A stretch of DNA of 64,000 bases from Candidatus Binatia bacterium (GTDB lineage: Bacteria > Desulfobacterota > Binatia > UBA9968 > CAXXLF01), in the NCBI GenBank assembly GCA_963664015.2, contig CAXXLF010000001.1, positions 800,001 to 864,000 on the forward strand. Reading direction: 5' to 3'. This document shows positions 61,072 through 64,000 of this stretch, one piece after another; position 1 is the first letter of the stretch; each line of letters begins with the position of its first letter. A program made the position numbers and the translations under genes. The notes under the pieces are model-generated. The model made no database searches, had not been told where the DNA came from, and saw nothing but the letters and a program-made list of their open reading frames with translations.

Positions 61072-61550
61072 ATGGCACACTTTCCCGAGCCATGCGCAGA
61101 TAACAGCTATCGGGTAGAGCATACAAGGATGCTCCTGGAGAGCTCCACCCGATGGACCGGTCGTCAGTTCATCGACGGGGGGCGCTCGCCATGGAAGAGC
61201 AGGCCAGGCAGCTCTGCTATGCCCCCTTCGCCGTAGCATCCCATGACACCTCCCTTGATCCGATTCTCAACTACGGCAACAAGACTGCCCTCGATCTCTG
61301 GGAACTGTCCTGGAGCGACTTTAGATCTACGCCATCGCGTAAAACCGCCGAAACCATCACCCAGGAGGAGCGTAGCCGCCTCCTCGCCGAGGTAACCACC
61401 CATGGATTCATCGACTAATACAAGGGCGTACGCATAACGGCAACGGGCCGTCGCTTTATGATCGAAAGGGCAACTGTTTGGAACCTGATCAACGATGCTG
61501 ACGAGTACCGCGGTCAAGCAGCTATGTTTCGAGACTGGCGGTTTTTATAG
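61072..61550 (+). pseudogene. MEKHLA-domain protein with frameshift and in-frame TAA at 61416
   Basis: APFAVASH..DPILNYGN..ALDLWE..PSR..GFID*YKGVRITATGRRFMI..VWNL..GQAA. Confidence 0.8.
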
Positions 61551-61610
61551 AACCCAGACTAGTCTAGCCATCAGGAAGACAGCTATCAAACAAAATTCAG
61601 GGAAAATATC

Positions 61611-62150
61611 ATGACACCAAGCATACACTGGGGAATGCTCCGTGCCATCCTGGTGCTTCCCGGCACGGTACTGGTATTCGTACCAGCGGCGCTCCTCTGG
61701 TTTTCGCGAGAATTGCGCATGGGGCCCGTACCGGCAAACCCTGAGCAGTTTCACTTTTGGTTGGCCGTGCTGGCTACCCTGATAGGGCTTGGGTTAAGTG
61801 TCTGGACATGCACCCTCTTTTTGCGGTTCGGCGAAGGCACCTCCGCTCCATGGGAACCGCCAAGCAAACTCGTAGTGCGTGGACCCTATCTTCACGTCAG
61901 GAATCCCATGATCTCAGGCATGCTGCTGATCCTCACGGGAGAGGTCCTATGGTTTCAGTCCTGGCCCATTGCCGGCTGGACCGTAGTGTTTTTGATAGGC
62001 AATGTCATTTATTTTCCCTTGGTCGAGGAAAAAGAATTGGCGAACAGGTTCGGCGCCGAATACAACAAATATAGGGCCAATGTTCCTCGCTGGATACCAC
62101 GACTCCGCCCGTGGAAGCCAGAGGACACCCAGCAAACCCCTAGACAATGA
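61611..62150 (+). CDS. Isoprenylcysteine carboxyl methyltransferase/PEMT family membrane protein
   Basis: GEGTSAPW, LVVRGPYLHVRNPM, EEKELANRFG..Y..VPRWIP. Confidence 0.85.
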   Translation: MTPSIHWGMLRAILVLPGTVLVFVPAALLWFSRELRMGPVPANPEQFHFWLAVLATLIGLGLSVWTCTLFLRFGEGTSAPWEPPSKLVVRGPYLHVRNPMISGMLLILTGEVLWFQSWPIAGWTVVFLIGNVIYFPLVEEKELANRFGAEYNKYRANVPRWIPRLRPWKPEDTQQTPRQ

Positions 62151-62170
62151 TTACACGATCGAACCCCATC

Positions 62171-62255
62171 ATGAAGCCTCCACGGGCTTACCCAGCCTTC
62201 GTAGCCCAGGCGACTACGGCGGAGTAGGCCGCCCATGATCTTCTACGAAGGCGGA
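62171..62255. repeat. REP-like repeat, copy 2, with nested hairpin insert
   Basis: Same ends as 2975-3020 with about 39 extra nt (..ccttcgtagcccaggcgactacggcgg..) in the loop. Confidence 0.7.
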
Positions 62256-62401
62256 CAGAAGTTCAGCGGCTGCCGCTTGGATTGCTTCAATTCACCGGAC
62301 CGTGATAAAAGAAAGAATAGCCAAAGCGCATCAGGAGACGACAAGCGTAAGAAACAACCTACAGGGGACCGACACAAGGATGTCCATAATCAGGAGGGAA
62401 T

Positions 62402-62791
62402 ATGAACATTAAAAGTCTCAGTGCCGGCTTATCCTTCCGGGGCCGGGTCGACGGCCAACGGCAGGTCTATTACGTATTTGAGGGCCCAAAGATATTTCTA
62501 GTATTTTCTTTCTCACGCTCGAAGCCAAAGGCTGGGTATTTCAATGCCGTGGACATGGAGGCGTACAAATACGTGGCACGGTTGATCAAGGGTAGACAAG
62601 GTGTTACCGCCCAATCCTTATTCAAGCGATCTCGTAAACCCAGATACGTGGGTTCGTCCATAGAGGCGCTAAACCTCCTCTATGTGCTCGTTGCAACCGG
62701 CAAGGCAAAGATCGATCGCCGGTATAAAACCAGACAACTCATCTCCAATCTTACCACCCGATTCTGGGAACCGTGCAGGATCGAGGGATGA
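62402..62791 (+). CDS. Hypothetical basic protein
   Basis: RBS AGGAGG, 129 aa, no recognised motif. Confidence 0.6.
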   Translation: MNIKSLSAGLSFRGRVDGQRQVYYVFEGPKIFLVFSFSRSKPKAGYFNAVDMEAYKYVARLIKGRQGVTAQSLFKRSRKPRYVGSSIEALNLLYVLVATGKAKIDRRYKTRQLISNLTTRFWEPCRIEG

Positions 62792-62795
62792 CCGG

Positions 62796-63539
62796 CTAGG
62801 ACGCTTTTTTGCCCGTGAGCCCCACGGCCTTATGTAACGCCTCGACCTCGTCTTTAGTCAGACGACGAAAACCGCCCATGGGAAGAGAACCCAGCCGAAT
62901 GGGGCCAAAGCGAACACGCACGAGCTTTTCCACAGTGTAACCTACAGCCTCAAAGACCCTGCGCACTTCCCGGTATCGCCCCTCGTGCATTTCGACCTCC
63001 AGCCAGGACTTGTTTTTCAATTTCCTTTTAACCCGGACCTTGACGGCCGCCACGACGCCTTCCTTCAGCTTTACTCCCCTACGCATCCGCTGGAGTTCCG
63101 TATCCGAAAGCAAGCCATGGACCTTGACCTCGTAAATTTTCTTTACTTCAAACCGTGGATGGGTCAATCGAAAGGCCAGGTCGCCGTGATTGCTCAGAAG
63201 CAGAAGCCCGGAGGAGTTATAGTCCAAACGTCCCACGGGGAACAGCCGCTCCCCCTTCCGCAGACGCTTGAGCAGATCTCCCAGGTTGGGTCGATTTTGG
63301 GGATCGCCGAGGGACGTAATTAATCCCGACGGCTTATGAAAGGCGTAGGTTGTGTGCGGTTGTCTCTGAAATATGATGCGCCCGTCGACTTTGACCTTGT
63401 CTTTTTCCGAATCCGCTTGAAAACCCAGCTTCTGGATTACCGTGCCGTTGACGGTCACACGCCCTTCCCGAATCCATTCTTCAGCCTGCCGGCGCGAGGC
63501 CAGCCCTGCGCGTGCAATGATTTTTTGCAAACGTTCCAT
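62796..63539 (-). CDS. rluB: 23S rRNA pseudouridine synthase (RluB/RsuA family)
   Basis: MERLQKIIARAGLASRR S4 domain; PVGRLD; EGRYREVRR. Confidence 0.9.
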   Translation of the reverse strand: MERLQKIIARAGLASRRQAEEWIREGRVTVNGTVIQKLGFQADSEKDKVKVDGRIIFQRQPHTTYAFHKPSGLITSLGDPQNRPNLGDLLKRLRKGERLFPVGRLDYNSSGLLLLSNHGDLAFRLTHPRFEVKKIYEVKVHGLLSDTELQRMRRGVKLKEGVVAAVKVRVKRKLKNKSWLEVEMHEGRYREVRRVFEAVGYTVEKLVRVRFGPIRLGSLPMGGFRRLTKDEVEALHKAVGLTGKKAS

Positions 63540-63567
63540 AACTATCGTCAAAAATTCGGTTCACCCG

Positions 63568-64000
63568 CTACCCTTCGGTTTTTTCGCTATGGTCGTCAGT
63601 CTCTGTGCTGTCGTTGTCGCTCTTTGCTTGGTCATCATCATCCTCGATAGGCAAGATGTTCTGTTCAGGGACCTCGGGAAGCGTGATCTCATCCATTTCC
63701 TTAAGCGTCGGGAGCTCGGTCAGGTCTTTGAGGTTAAAGAGCTCCAGAAACTCCCGGGTGGTCCCGTACAAAAAAGGTTTACCGGGGATGTCTTTTCGTC
63801 CGACGATGCTTACCAGCTGCCGCTCGAAGAGGGTCGAGACGATTCCGTCCACATTCACGCCACGGATTTGCTCAATCTCACCTCGCGTCATGGGCTGTTT
63901 GTAAGCAATAATCGCCAGGGTCTCGAGCGTCGCCCGACTCATCCGGGTCGCCTTGCCGCGAAACAGGTTTTTGACCCACTCCGAGTTCTCCGTGGGTGTC
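63568..64000 (-). CDS. scpB: SMC-Scp complex subunit ScpB, 3' part (runs off the window end)
   Basis: ATLETLAIIAYKQPMTRGEIEQIRGV, GKPFLYGTTREFLELFNL; adjacent to rluB. Confidence 0.92.
   Translation of the reverse strand, partial: TPTENSEWVKNLFRGKATRMSRATLETLAIIAYKQPMTRGEIEQIRGVNVDGIVSTLFERQLVSIVGRKDIPGKPFLYGTTREFLELFNLKDLTELPTLKEMDEITLPEVPEQNILPIEDDDDQAKSDNDSTETDDHSEKTEG

Noticed and set aside
1-64000. Alternative genetic code explaining the many in-frame stops
   Set aside because: TAA, TAG and TGA all terminate intact genes, the interrupting stops replace different amino acids, and they co-occur with frameshifts.

Overview
Bacterial chromosomal window of moderate GC. The gene content (paralogous Rieske oxygenases, UbiD decarboxylases, CoA-transferases, substrate-binding proteins) resembles a Binatia/deltaproteobacterium-like aromatic degrader; that taxonomy is inference only. 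Housekeeping genes: thrC 3' end, plant-type cystathionine gamma-synthase, cysS, tRNA-Arg(TCG), gap, rluB, scpB. Accessory catabolism: a CoA-transferase pair with crotonase, a CarAa/OxoO-like Rieske oxygenase, a ~10 kb operon of two tandem Rieske-UbiD modules followed by a C-C hydrolase, an extradiol dioxygenase and a PanB paralogue lacking its catalytic Glu, and a Mo-hydroxylase with an atypical active-site loop. Also present: a UGA-recoded (selenocysteine) peroxiredoxin with a SECIS-like hairpin near a putative selenium-associated LysR/PhnDCEE-type ABC locus, an integrase remnant at tRNA-Arg, two attC sites without an integrase, MITE/REP repeats and many pseudogenes. The most unusual signal is a DDE-type IS whose left end carries an exact 33-nt copy of its own transposase coding sequence between two end repeats. 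All calls come from reading motifs by eye; no database searches were run.
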